Assembly (NCBI GenBank): GCA_001602415.1 | Contig: CP012155.1 | Location: 2,676,402 to 2,740,401 of the forward strand | Direction: 5' to 3' | Source: Bacteroidetes bacterium UKL13-3 | GTDB lineage: Bacteria > Bacteroidota > Bacteroidia > UKL13-3 | DNA length: 64,000 nt | Part shown: one piece after another, positions 53,664 through 63,290 of the stretch | How the letters are laid out: every line of letters starts with the position of its first letter | Position numbering within the stretch: the first letter of the stretch is position 1 | Notes under the pieces: model-generated | The model's input: the letters and a program-made list of their open reading frames with translations, nothing else | Told to the model about the DNA's origin: nothing | Databases searched by the model: none | Program-made: the position numbers and the translations under genes

Positions 53664-53668
53664 TAGAA

Positions 53669-53700
53669 GATAGCCGTTTGTTTAGAACATATCGGCTATC
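53669..53700. terminator. Hairpin between convergent genes
   Basis: GATAGCCG...CGGCTATC; no clear U tract. Confidence 0.45.
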
Positions 53701-53724
53701 CTGATGATTAACAGTAGCAATAGA

Positions 53725-55062
53725 TTAATTGTATGCAGCCAGATGGTATTGAACGAGTGGTTTAGCCCAGTCTCTCAATCCTGTATTCACCCTTGCTTGC
53801 AATACATTTAACATTGAATACAATCCAAAATAAGTACGGTTAATATACAAAGCATGTTGTGAACCTCTTCCTTCTTTTGACTTTTTAAGTTCATCCATTT
53901 TACTCACCTCTTCACCTAATGCATAAATCTTATCAATGTATGTGTTATCGCCAAAATCAAACACTTCGTAATCAAATGGCGTACGCAAAAGATTTGTCAT
54001 GCGCACAAATGCATCAGTAATAATTTGCTGTGTTTGTTCCGAATCATCTTTACTTATGATTTGCTGCTGCAGCATGATGCGTTTAATCACTGAAATATCC
54101 TTCATGATTTCAGGCACTAGCAATGCGAAATAGTTGTAATAAAAATCTTCTGGAATTTCCTTCACACAACCAAAGTCAATTACGCCTAATGTTCCATCTT
54201 CACGCATTAAAAAATTTCCCGGATGAGGATCAGCATGAACGGCTTTGTGCACATGCACTTGGTAATCGTAAAAATCCCACATGGCTTGTCCAACACGATC
54301 ACGTATTTCTTGTGACGGATTGGTTTTCAGAAATTCATCCAAATGAAAACCTTCAAGCCAATCCATTGCTAGCACACGTTTGGTGGTAAACTCTTGGTAA
54401 TATTTCGTAAAAACAAGGTTCGGGATAGTGGCACACAAAGTGGAAATCTCCACTGAGCGTTTATATTCCAATTCATAATCTGTTTCCTCCAATAATTTTC
54501 CCTCTACCTCCTTTATGTATTTATCCAATTCCTTTTCGTTCATATCCAACAAGCGAAAAGCGATAGGCTTTACCATTTTTAAATCACTTTTTATACTCTC
54601 AGCAACTCCTGGATATTGAATTTTGATAGCTAATTTTTTACCATTTAAAGTTGCTTCGTGCACCTGGCCAATACTTGCTGCGTTGGATGCTTTGAGGTTA
54701 AACGTATCAAACAAATCGTGGGGCGTTTTTCCAAAAGCCTTAACAAACGTTTGCACAATAAGCGGCCCCGATAAAGGCGGAGCACTATACTGAGCCATTT
54801 GGAATTTATTGGTATACTGACGGGGAAGAACGTTCTTCTCCATGCTTAACATTTGAGCTACTTTTAGCGCACTTCCTTTTAGTTCACTCAGGGCATTGTA
54901 TACATCGGTTGCGTTGTCTTCGTGCAATTGATCTTTACTCAATGATGGATCCACCATTTTTTTCGAGTAATGCTTGATATAGTTCCCACCAATTTGTGCG
55001 CCTGTTTTCACAAAACGCATGGCTCTCTCTACTTTACTACTGGGAATACTGTTTTGTTCCAT
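53725..55062 (-). CDS. AarF/ABC1/UbiB family atypical kinase
   Basis: LKVAQ, AASIGQVH, AIKIQYPG, HADPHPGN, DFGC. Confidence 0.93.
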   Translation of the reverse strand: MEQNSIPSSKVERAMRFVKTGAQIGGNYIKHYSKKMVDPSLSKDQLHEDNATDVYNALSELKGSALKVAQMLSMEKNVLPRQYTNKFQMAQYSAPPLSGPLIVQTFVKAFGKTPHDLFDTFNLKASNAASIGQVHEATLNGKKLAIKIQYPGVAESIKSDLKMVKPIAFRLLDMNEKELDKYIKEVEGKLLEETDYELEYKRSVEISTLCATIPNLVFTKYYQEFTTKRVLAMDWLEGFHLDEFLKTNPSQEIRDRVGQAMWDFYDYQVHVHKAVHADPHPGNFLMREDGTLGVIDFGCVKEIPEDFYYNYFALLVPEIMKDISVIKRIMLQQQIISKDDSEQTQQIITDAFVRMTNLLRTPFDYEVFDFGDNTYIDKIYALGEEVSKMDELKKSKEGRGSQHALYINRTYFGLYSMLNVLQARVNTGLRDWAKPLVQYHLAAYN

Positions 55063-55338
55063 TTTGTGTTGTGTTAATCATTTTTTTCGAAAGCACACCT
55101 CATTTATTTTCGTTGGAAATAGATTGCAGTGGAATCGGATATTTGTCGAACGGGTATTTAAAATAATAACGCTATGCATGACTAATTTTTTCACGCAAAG
55201 CCGCGGAGGGGCTATTTAATGAGGCGCAGAGATTCAATTGCTAAGCAAACCATTTTTGCATATCTAACATCTTCTAATTGCACATCAACTAATCATCACA
55301 TCTTCAAATCACCACATTTGCATTTCTGCAAGTTTATC

Positions 55339-55965
55339 TCACCTGTTTTGAAAAAGAAATTTCCCAAAATCCAAGGCCGCATCCAACGCACTTTTACCCA
55401 TTAAGTCCATTGCTAAGTTTACCGACTTTTCGATAGCGGCATCTGTTTTTTCAAATCCATTACTGGTATCCTCAATCCAAAATTTTAGTATGAACAGAAA
55501 GTTAATCCAAAGTCCATCTACATATTTCTCATCAATGTATTTACGTTCGGCTAATTCTTTGCTATCCAGTCCTTCATGAATAATGCTCTTCATTTTATCA
55601 ATAAAAACCTCACGTAGTGTATTGAGATAAGATGGCCATTTAGGTAATGCCTTAAAATCTCTATCTTTCAAAAACTTTACGAAACTACGGTTGGGTTTGA
55701 GGGTTTCAATAAATGTGTAGAATACTGCTAATACCTTTTCCCTTGCAGAGTAACCGTTCCATGGTTCACTTGCAGCACATTGAATATAAGCTTCACTAAA
55801 CCACTGCTCATAAATGGACATTTCCAATGCCTCCAAACCCGAAAAATAGTTATAAAATGCTTGTTCCTCCATTCCTGCAGCTTTGGCAAACTGGTAAACA
55901 CTTGTAGGCGTTTGATTATGCTCAAGTGTGTGTGTTATATATTGTTGAATAAGTGTTGCTTTCAT
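55339..55965 (-). CDS. TetR-like regulator (Bacteroidota type, paired with the AarF kinase)
   Basis: PTSVYQFAK...FYNYF, FEKTDAAIEKSV. Confidence 0.8.
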   Translation of the reverse strand: MKATLIQQYITHTLEHNQTPTSVYQFAKAAGMEEQAFYNYFSGLEALEMSIYEQWFSEAYIQCAASEPWNGYSAREKVLAVFYTFIETLKPNRSFVKFLKDRDFKALPKWPSYLNTLREVFIDKMKSIIHEGLDSKELAERKYIDEKYVDGLWINFLFILKFWIEDTSNGFEKTDAAIEKSVNLAMDLMGKSALDAALDFGKFLFQNR

Positions 55966-56067
55966 ACTTACCTAAACATAACTGAGCAGACAATGTTTTG
56001 TGGAAATTAAATTAACCGAATTTCGCCTTTCCCCCTTATGACATTATATTTGGCACACCGAAAACTC

Positions 56068-57225
56068 ATGTTACGCAAACACCTTTTTATATTTTTTCTC
56101 CTGTTTTTAGCCAGAACTGATGTTGCCTTTTCTCAAACCTTTGAGATTGCTGATGGCGACACCATTAATTTTACCGCTGTAAATGGCTCAAAACAAGGTT
56201 TTTGGCGTTATTTCTGGCCCAATGGTGATCTGAAATATGAAGTATTTTACGAGAACAACGAAAAAGAGGGATTGGAAATACGCTACTTTGATGCGCAAGA
56301 TTGTATCGAATTTTCAAATACATACGTAAAAGGTGTGTCAGATGGTCCTGGCGTAACGTTCCATCCTAATTGCAGCACCAAATGCGAAGAAATGTACCGT
56401 GGAGGCAAAAAACAAGGCTACGAACGATGTTACGACCAAAACGGATTTATTCAAACCGAAGCTAATTTTGATAAAGGAGAATTAGTAGGAACTTACTCCC
56501 ATTTTAATAAAAAAGGATTTGTTACGTATGAGTCGCCAACCAAAGAAACTACTTTAAAGTTCGACAAATTTTTGAGCGGGGAATACAAAGTAAAAGACTC
56601 TACCATTTTCAATGTATTTAAACGCAACGATAAATGGAAAAAAGTGCTGCTGGTTGTTGATATGACTGGAAGTATGTTTCCATACATTGGTCAGTTATTA
56701 GTATGGTATAAGATGAATTTTGAATCGGAGAAGATTAAGTACTACAGTCTTTTTAATGATGGTGATAATGTTGCCGATAACAAAAAAATTATTGGCAGCA
56801 CTGGTGGTGTGCATACCTACGATGCCAAAGATTTTAAGAAGTTTAAAAAAGATATTGAAGAAGTAAGAAAACTGGGTGAAGGTGGCGATGAACCCGAAAA
56901 TGATATTGAAGCCATCATGCGTGCCATTAATGATAGAAGAGACTATGGCGATATTGTGTTGTTGGCAGACGACAGTGACATGCGCGACATTAAACTCTTA
57001 AAGCGTATTAAAAAACCAGTTCATATTATTTTGTGTGGTACCAAACGCGGCATTAACCAACAATACCTACAACTGGCTTATTACACTAAGGGGAGTATCC
57101 ACACATCAAATAATAGTGTTTACATGAAAACCTTAAAAAATGGTGATCATATTGAGCTGGATAATGATTTATTTGTTTTTCAGAATGGCGAATTTATTTG
57201 GCTTGATGCCAAGAACGCTGACTAA
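56068..57225 (+). CDS. Secreted MORN-variant repeat + VWA-like domain protein
   Basis: Signal peptide; G.W..F.PNG / Y..G...G repeats; DMTGSM MIDAS-like motif, GGDEPEN. Confidence 0.75.
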   Translation: MLRKHLFIFFLLFLARTDVAFSQTFEIADGDTINFTAVNGSKQGFWRYFWPNGDLKYEVFYENNEKEGLEIRYFDAQDCIEFSNTYVKGVSDGPGVTFHPNCSTKCEEMYRGGKKQGYERCYDQNGFIQTEANFDKGELVGTYSHFNKKGFVTYESPTKETTLKFDKFLSGEYKVKDSTIFNVFKRNDKWKKVLLVVDMTGSMFPYIGQLLVWYKMNFESEKIKYYSLFNDGDNVADNKKIIGSTGGVHTYDAKDFKKFKKDIEEVRKLGEGGDEPENDIEAIMRAINDRRDYGDIVLLADDSDMRDIKLLKRIKKPVHIILCGTKRGINQQYLQLAYYTKGSIHTSNNSVYMKTLKNGDHIELDNDLFVFQNGEFIWLDAKNAD

Positions 57226-58241
57226 GAATTGGGTTTTCGATTAGTGAAATCGGATAATTTTTTGAGCACTTTACCAAAATTATATTCCTGCACATACACC
57301 ACATCTTTCTCATCGTTGATGAAGCCGTAATACTTTTCTGTATCATACGGAAGCAACTTACCATCTTCCCCGTAAAGTGTTTTGGTATGATCGCCAACAG
57401 CTTTGTAATGCAATTGAAGTTTAATACTCTCTCCATCCTTTTTTACCAACGAAATAATGCAATAAGGTTTCATTTGATGAATTGAATCAGCAGATTTACC
57501 ACTCAACTCCTCATCATATCCTTCAAAAAATAGATTGGTAAAACTGGCTACATAAAACCTTGCAAATTTCGGATCGGTTGGCACCACCAACTTGTTGGTT
57601 AGCGCTTTTACTTCAATAGCTGCTCCGTTGATTACCTCAAATGATTGATCAGGTTGTTGCGGGTACTCAACAGTAACTTTTGCAACCTCCTGCTCAGGAA
57701 CATTGAATACTTCCTTGCTCTTCCATTTAATTTGTAAGGTGTAAAACCTTGGTGTTAAATAGCCAATAAAGCCATTGATATGCGTAACAAAAGGAGCCGA
57801 AGAGCCTTCGATAAGCATAAATGTTCCTGATTGATCAGCCGAACCCGGACCAACATAAACAGTTTTTATATTTTTTTTACCTACATAAAACTCGGCTTTA
57901 ATTCCCTCCGTTGCGAGGGTTGCAATCACAGTATTAAATTCCTTTTCTGAAATGGGATTGCGCACCGTAACATCGTGCATGGTTGCTAGTAATAAGTTCA
58001 CTTTGGTTATATCTGCTTTGTAGGTATTATCTACCATCCAAATACCCTGCTCGTTTTTCTCAACTGTTACAGAGTGCCCACGCTTATCGGCTAGGAAAAA
58101 TTTGGTTACAGATGCGGTATCTTTAATAGCAAAATCATTTAACTCTGGCTTTAATGTACTCCAAGGTTTGCGCACAAAAACAAAATACAACGATGCTGCA
58201 ACAGCCACTAATACCAATAATATTTTAAGATTTTTATTCAT
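57222..58241 (-). CDS. DUF4340-like protein downstream of gldG
   Basis: N-terminal TM, DFAIKDTASV, GFIGYLTPRF; operon position. Confidence 0.7.
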   Translation of the reverse strand: MNKNLKILLVLVAVAASLYFVFVRKPWSTLKPELNDFAIKDTASVTKFFLADKRGHSVTVEKNEQGIWMVDNTYKADITKVNLLLATMHDVTVRNPISEKEFNTVIATLATEGIKAEFYVGKKNIKTVYVGPGSADQSGTFMLIEGSSAPFVTHINGFIGYLTPRFYTLQIKWKSKEVFNVPEQEVAKVTVEYPQQPDQSFEVINGAAIEVKALTNKLVVPTDPKFARFYVASFTNLFFEGYDEELSGKSADSIHQMKPYCIISLVKKDGESIKLQLHYKAVGDHTKTLYGEDGKLLPYDTEKYYGFINDEKDVVYVQEYNFGKVLKKLSDFTNRKPNS

Positions 58242-58245
58242 GTTT

Positions 58246-59949
58246 TTAACAAGTGTATTTACGTTTACGAACAAATCCGTTGATGAAGCCAAACAACAAT
58301 ACCAATGCAACAGGCAATACCATATTTACCAGCTGCCATTGTAGTTTTTCCTTTTTTACTTTCGCTTTATTGAGTAATCTTAGGGTAATTTCTTTTCCAC
58401 GCACTTCAATTAAACCGGAGTCGTCACACAAATAATCAATACAATTCAGAATAAACCGTTTATTGCCAAACTGCTGATTGGTATACCGATTATAGCCAAG
58501 CGGAAAAACTTCACCTGTTGATTTTTTGCGCTGGTTGCGAATCACCTCTCCATCCGAAATTACAATCATTTTATTGTGGTCGATTTTGCTTTTGTAGGGC
58601 AATGCAGGATCTGTTGATACTCCCATGCGATATTGGAAAATCGAATTGAATTCGCCTTCAAGCAAAACCGCTAACGGTGCTCCTCCTCTGGTAAACAATG
58701 TTGGATCAGGATTTACACGGGCCATATTCAAATCCACACGAGCAGGAGAAGGAACAGCACGCGAGTATGGAGATGAGCGCAATAAAACTGTTTTTTTGAT
58801 TTTCTGACCCGCTGTTGTATCAATTGTGCTGGCAAACTGGAACCATACATGGTCAATATTTTTAACAATGGCATGATTATCCATTGGTGCAGCAACCGGG
58901 AAAAACAACCACGGTAATAGCTTTTGCTGAGGAGCACCATTTTTCACACTACTCAAAATCGGAATGGCTTCGCATTGAATATCCTGAACCAGATTTGCAT
59001 TTACACGCACTCCATATCTAAAAAGTAAATCATCTAATTTTAAATCATAGCCGGCCGACATAAAATAAGATTCCTTGTTCAAGCTATCCATATCGGCAAT
59101 TTGTGAATCGATTAGCCACAAAATTTTGCCACCATTCATAACATATTGATCTAGCTTAAATTTATCAAACTCCGAAAATGGCAGTGTTGGTTTGGCAATT
59201 ACAACTCCAGCATATTCGTTTAATGTTTGCGGAGGAATAGCTGAAATTGGAATTCGTTTTACCTCATAGTATTGCTCTAATTCCGCTACTGCATCGGCAA
59301 CATCCCATCTTTCCAACTCGCCATGATCTTCTAAAAAAGCAATTTTCTTACCACTCTTTTCGGTGGCTTTGCGCAGTACATTTGCAATTTCATACTCCAA
59401 TAATTCAATAGAACTGTTAATTACATCTTCCGGATTGGCTCCAAACTGCCCCTTCAACATGTTCATCGAAAACTCTCTGCCTTTGTAGTAGAATATGGCT
59501 CCAGGTACAATAATTTTTTGCGACATTTCATCATCCTTTTTTATTTGCACACTAGTTGGTTGCAAACCTTTGGATGAAAGTTCTTCAACGATTTCGTTTG
59601 TTTTTTTGTTGTTGGCATCAGCAAACGGATCAATAAATTCATACTGCAAATTTCCGTTAGAATATACCCTGAATTCGTCAAGCATTTCTTTGGTTGACTT
59701 ACTCAATCGTTTAAATCCAGAAGGAAAATCACCTTCCAAATACACTTTCACAAATAAAACATCATCTACCTTGCTTGCTAAATTTTTGCTGGCCTCCGAT
59801 AGCGAATATCTTTTCTCTTTGGTTAAATCAACCCGTAAAAAGATGCCCGAGAAAATGAGGTTAATAAGCACCAATAGCACCAGCACGAGCAGCAACTCCG
59901 TTATTGATTGTATTTTTAAACTTCTTTTTTTCATACTTCTGCTTACCAC
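58246..59949 (-). CDS. gldG: Gliding motility-associated ABC transporter substrate-binding protein GldG
   Basis: RVDLTKEKRYSLS, LEYE, GHGEL-like DHGEL, DQYVMNGG, FGNKRFILN; start may be 59934. Confidence 0.93.
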   Translation of the reverse strand: MVSRSMKKRSLKIQSITELLLVLVLLVLINLIFSGIFLRVDLTKEKRYSLSEASKNLASKVDDVLFVKVYLEGDFPSGFKRLSKSTKEMLDEFRVYSNGNLQYEFIDPFADANNKKTNEIVEELSSKGLQPTSVQIKKDDEMSQKIIVPGAIFYYKGREFSMNMLKGQFGANPEDVINSSIELLEYEIANVLRKATEKSGKKIAFLEDHGELERWDVADAVAELEQYYEVKRIPISAIPPQTLNEYAGVVIAKPTLPFSEFDKFKLDQYVMNGGKILWLIDSQIADMDSLNKESYFMSAGYDLKLDDLLFRYGVRVNANLVQDIQCEAIPILSSVKNGAPQQKLLPWLFFPVAAPMDNHAIVKNIDHVWFQFASTIDTTAGQKIKKTVLLRSSPYSRAVPSPARVDLNMARVNPDPTLFTRGGAPLAVLLEGEFNSIFQYRMGVSTDPALPYKSKIDHNKMIVISDGEVIRNQRKKSTGEVFPLGYNRYTNQQFGNKRFILNCIDYLCDDSGLIEVRGKEITLRLLNKAKVKKEKLQWQLVNMVLPVALVLLFGFINGFVRKRKYTC

Positions 59950-60671
59950 TTACGTGCGCTAAAAACGGTTTTAGTGCCCCATATAAAGGCGGTGATAAAA
60001 CTTAAAAAATAGATTAAATCACGAGAGTCTATTACGCCCCTGCTTATAGAAACATAATGTGCATTGATACCCAAAGCTGCCACCATACTATCATAACTTC
60101 CCAACAAATTAAAATTAGCGAGCAAATCAAAAATGCTGTAGAAACAATAACATAAAAACATAGATACGATAAACGAAACTATTTGGTTATCGGTGATAGC
60201 AGATGAAAAAATTCCGATTGCTACAAAGCAAGAGGCCAATAACAACAAACCTAAGTATGAACCCCAAGTGGCTCCAATATCCATATTTCCTTTGGTGGCT
60301 CCTAATTGATAAATGGTATAAAAGTAGATGAGCGTTGGTATAATAGAAAAGATAACCAATACAACACCTGCAACATATTTCCCCAAAATGATTTGCATAT
60401 CACTTAACGGTTTCGTTGTTATTATTTCGATTGTTCCACTTTTTTTTTCCTCGCTAAACGAACGCATAGTAATAGCTGAGATGAGAAAAATAAAAACCAT
60501 TGGCGCCATGCTAAACAAGGTATCCATATTGGCATAACCCATATCAAACACATTGTATTCGGGCAACACCCACATGAATAAACCAATGGCAACCAAAAAC
60601 ACAATCATCACCACATAGGCAATGAGTGAACTTAAAAAACTTCGTATTTCTTTTTTGAGAATGCTATACAT
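59943..60671 (-). CDS. gldF: Gliding motility-associated ABC transporter permease GldF
   Basis: KKEIRSFLSSLIAY, ITMRSFSEEKKSGTIE, SRGVIDSRD. Confidence 0.95.
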   Translation of the reverse strand: MYSILKKEIRSFLSSLIAYVVMIVFLVAIGLFMWVLPEYNVFDMGYANMDTLFSMAPMVFIFLISAITMRSFSEEKKSGTIEIITTKPLSDMQIILGKYVAGVVLVIFSIIPTLIYFYTIYQLGATKGNMDIGATWGSYLGLLLLASCFVAIGIFSSAITDNQIVSFIVSMFLCYCFYSIFDLLANFNLLGSYDSMVAALGINAHYVSISRGVIDSRDLIYFLSFITAFIWGTKTVFSARKW

Positions 60672-60728
60672 ATTAGTAACGAGTAATCGGTTGATTAAGT
60701 TGATTGGTTAATGTCATTTTACAGAGCC

Positions 60729-61637
60729 CTATTTTGAGTTGGCAGTCAATTTTTGGAACACATTTTCAAGAGAGTCTTCCTCCAAGTTCATTGAGAGAAG
60801 GATCCATCCGTTAGCAGAAGCCGCCATAGAAATTTGCTCTCGAACATCACTGTTTGCCTTAACTGTGTATTTGTTTCCTTTTTGTTTCACGAACAAAACT
60901 TCTTTGATAGCTTTTAGTCCGCTCTCGTTAATCGGATTTTTAAATTCCACTGTGATAACAACTTCCCCAACAAGTTTTTGTTGCAGCTTTTCAATGGCAT
61001 CATTGGCTACAATTTTTCCTTTATTGATAATCACCACTCTGTTGCACATGGCTTCCACTTCCTGCATAATATGGGTTGAAAGCAATACCGTTTTATCTTT
61101 TCCTATTTCTTTAATTAAATCGCGCATCTCGCCAACTTGGTTAGGATCTAATCCGGAAGTAGGTTCATCTAAAATTAATACTTTAGGATTGTGCAGCATG
61201 GCCTGAGCCAATCCCACACGTTGCTTGTATCCTTTAGAAAGTTGTCCAATTTTCTTTTTGCGTTCAACTGTTAGTCCCACACGTTCGATCATTTCTTCTA
61301 CACGTATATTTGCCAACTTACCCAACCCTTGGACTTCTGCAGAAAACAACAGGTATTCTTTCACAAACATATCCGTGTATAGAGGATTAAGCTCGGGGAG
61401 GTAACCTATTTGTTGCCTAACTTCAATGGGATTCTTAATAACATCAAAACCACATACGGTGGCCAATCCACTGGTTTGAGGAATATAACACGTAAGAATT
61501 TTCATGGTGGTAGATTTACCCGCACCATTTGGACCTAAAAAGCCGAGTACGTCACCGGGCTTTACTTCAAACGAAATTTCATTTAATGCCTTTTGGGCAC
61601 CATATACTTTGGTAAGCTTCTCTACAACTATCGACAT
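60729..61637 (-). CDS. gldA: Gliding motility-associated ABC transporter ATP-binding subunit GldA
   Basis: GPNGAGKST, LSKGYKQRVGLAQA, LDEPTSGLDPNQ; adjacent to gldF and gldG. Confidence 0.93.
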   Translation of the reverse strand: MSIVVEKLTKVYGAQKALNEISFEVKPGDVLGFLGPNGAGKSTTMKILTCYIPQTSGLATVCGFDVIKNPIEVRQQIGYLPELNPLYTDMFVKEYLLFSAEVQGLGKLANIRVEEMIERVGLTVERKKKIGQLSKGYKQRVGLAQAMLHNPKVLILDEPTSGLDPNQVGEMRDLIKEIGKDKTVLLSTHIMQEVEAMCNRVVIINKGKIVANDAIEKLQQKLVGEVVITVEFKNPINESGLKAIKEVLFVKQKGNKYTVKANSDVREQISMAASANGWILLSMNLEEDSLENVFQKLTANSK

Positions 61638-61690
61638 CTTGTTTTAAGGTAGTCAGCAAAAGTAAGCAAAAGGTTGATTGAATATAATGC

Positions 61691-61722
61691 AAAAAAGCCT
61701 CCGGTTCTCGGAGGCTTTTTTT
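61691..61722 (-). terminator. Intrinsic terminator
   Basis: AAAAAAGCCTCCG...CGGAGGCTTTTTTT. Confidence 0.85.
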
Positions 61723-63244
61723 AATTAACTATAAACTTCTGGTGCAAAAACCCTTGCCTCGTTTCCACGTGTAGGAAGTACAATCCTTTCGGCAAACCTA
61801 AATTGGAAATATTAACTGTACATGTGCCTCCAGCATCATGAGCATATGCATCAGGCGTAATTTGGATAGTCTTTCCTGAAATATCAATAATCTGAATGGA
61901 CTGAACGGAATATTCCGATTTGAAGAACAATTGTCCGTTCACAGGGTTAGGAAAAATACTTAATGGGGGATTGTTTCCAGATACCTCTCTCACTCCGGTA
62001 CTTACTATGGAAAAAGAAGATGGAAAATCCAATAAGCCGTCTATATCCGACATTACACCAACATTATACAATCCATTAGCCCACGTTGAAGGCAATGTAA
62101 AAGTCCCCGTAATCTTGGTATCATTCACTATGGTGATAGTTGTAGCTTCTACGCCATCCGTTTGATCCGGAGTAAAAATTCCCATGACATTTGATCCTTG
62201 CGTGAAATGAGTATTTGTTCCTGTGATAGTTACCTCTAATGTTTGACCTTTATTTCCATATGGAGGATTTACAGCAACTAACGAAGGTGTACCTGTACCT
62301 GAAGACGTAATGGTAAATGCAGCCGGCAATGTTAATACCCCATCTACCGATGAAACTACATAGACATCGTGAAGCCCTAATGTTTGATTCATCGGAATCG
62401 TAAAATTGGCTGTGATAGACGTATTACTATTAGGGAAGGCAAAATTAGACGTGAGAGGCGAACCTGCATTAAACAAGGAAACAGTTAGATCCGATCCTTG
62501 TGTGAAATTTGTATTGGATCCTGTGATGGTAACATTAAGTGTTTGTCCTCTTTTAGCACTTGCAGGAGTTACTGCTGTAATTTTAGGAGTATTTTTGGAG
62601 GTTCCGGATACCGTAAACGCATTTGGAAGAATCAAGGTCCCGTCATTGGATGTATTTACTACTAGGGAATATACTCCCGGAGTAGCGTTAGAGGGAATAG
62701 AGATGAGCGTTCGTAAAGTTGTATTGTTTTGGGCCAATGCTGTTGGCGTAACGATAGGATTTCCGCCAGCAAAACCAGTTAAAGCAACCATTGTGTTGCT
62801 CGATTGTGTGAACGTGGTATTAACCCCGGTGATGGTTACCAACAGCGATTGTCCTTGATTTGCAGAATTAGGAGAAATGGAAACCAACCCTGCCACAGGG
62901 GCTCCACCCGTAACCGAAAAGGCACTGGGTAATTGAATGGGTAAACCCAAACCGGCAATAGCTAGTAGTGTGTAAGATCCTGATGCTGCATTTGCAGGAA
63001 TCACCACCCTTGCTGTAGCTGAAGTTGCAGTCAGAGCAACAACATTTGAAAGAGGTATAACGCTTGCCCCCAATGATAAGGCAAAGGAGGTTGAGCTAGT
63101 GAATGATGTGCGATTACCACTAATGGTAACGTTCACAGTTGTTCCCACTGCACCGGTGGACGGTGTCATCGAAACCAAGGTTTGACTCTGAGCGCTGAAG
63201 GCAATAGCCAACAACAGCATAAACGTTGTAAATATATGTTTCAT
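61721..63244 (-). CDS. T9SS cargo with four IPT/TIG-like repeats
   Basis: Signal peptide; four copies of P....G.T..VTITG.NT.F; C-terminal FPNP...GLYF...KFIVN. Confidence 0.88.
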   Translation of the reverse strand: MKHIFTTFMLLLAIAFSAQSQTLVSMTPSTGAVGTTVNVTISGNRTSFTSSTSFALSLGASVIPLSNVVALTATSATARVVIPANAASGSYTLLAIAGLGLPIQLPSAFSVTGGAPVAGLVSISPNSANQGQSLLVTITGVNTTFTQSSNTMVALTGFAGGNPIVTPTALAQNNTTLRTLISIPSNATPGVYSLVVNTSNDGTLILPNAFTVSGTSKNTPKITAVTPASAKRGQTLNVTITGSNTNFTQGSDLTVSLFNAGSPLTSNFAFPNSNTSITANFTIPMNQTLGLHDVYVVSSVDGVLTLPAAFTITSSGTGTPSLVAVNPPYGNKGQTLEVTITGTNTHFTQGSNVMGIFTPDQTDGVEATTITIVNDTKITGTFTLPSTWANGLYNVGVMSDIDGLLDFPSSFSIVSTGVREVSGNNPPLSIFPNPVNGQLFFKSEYSVQSIQIIDISGKTIQITPDAYAHDAGGTCTVNISNLGLPKGLYFLHVETRQGFLHQKFIVN

Positions 63245-63290
63245 AATTAGTTAAGGGTTTACACAAATATAGGTTTATTCCTCACATTTT

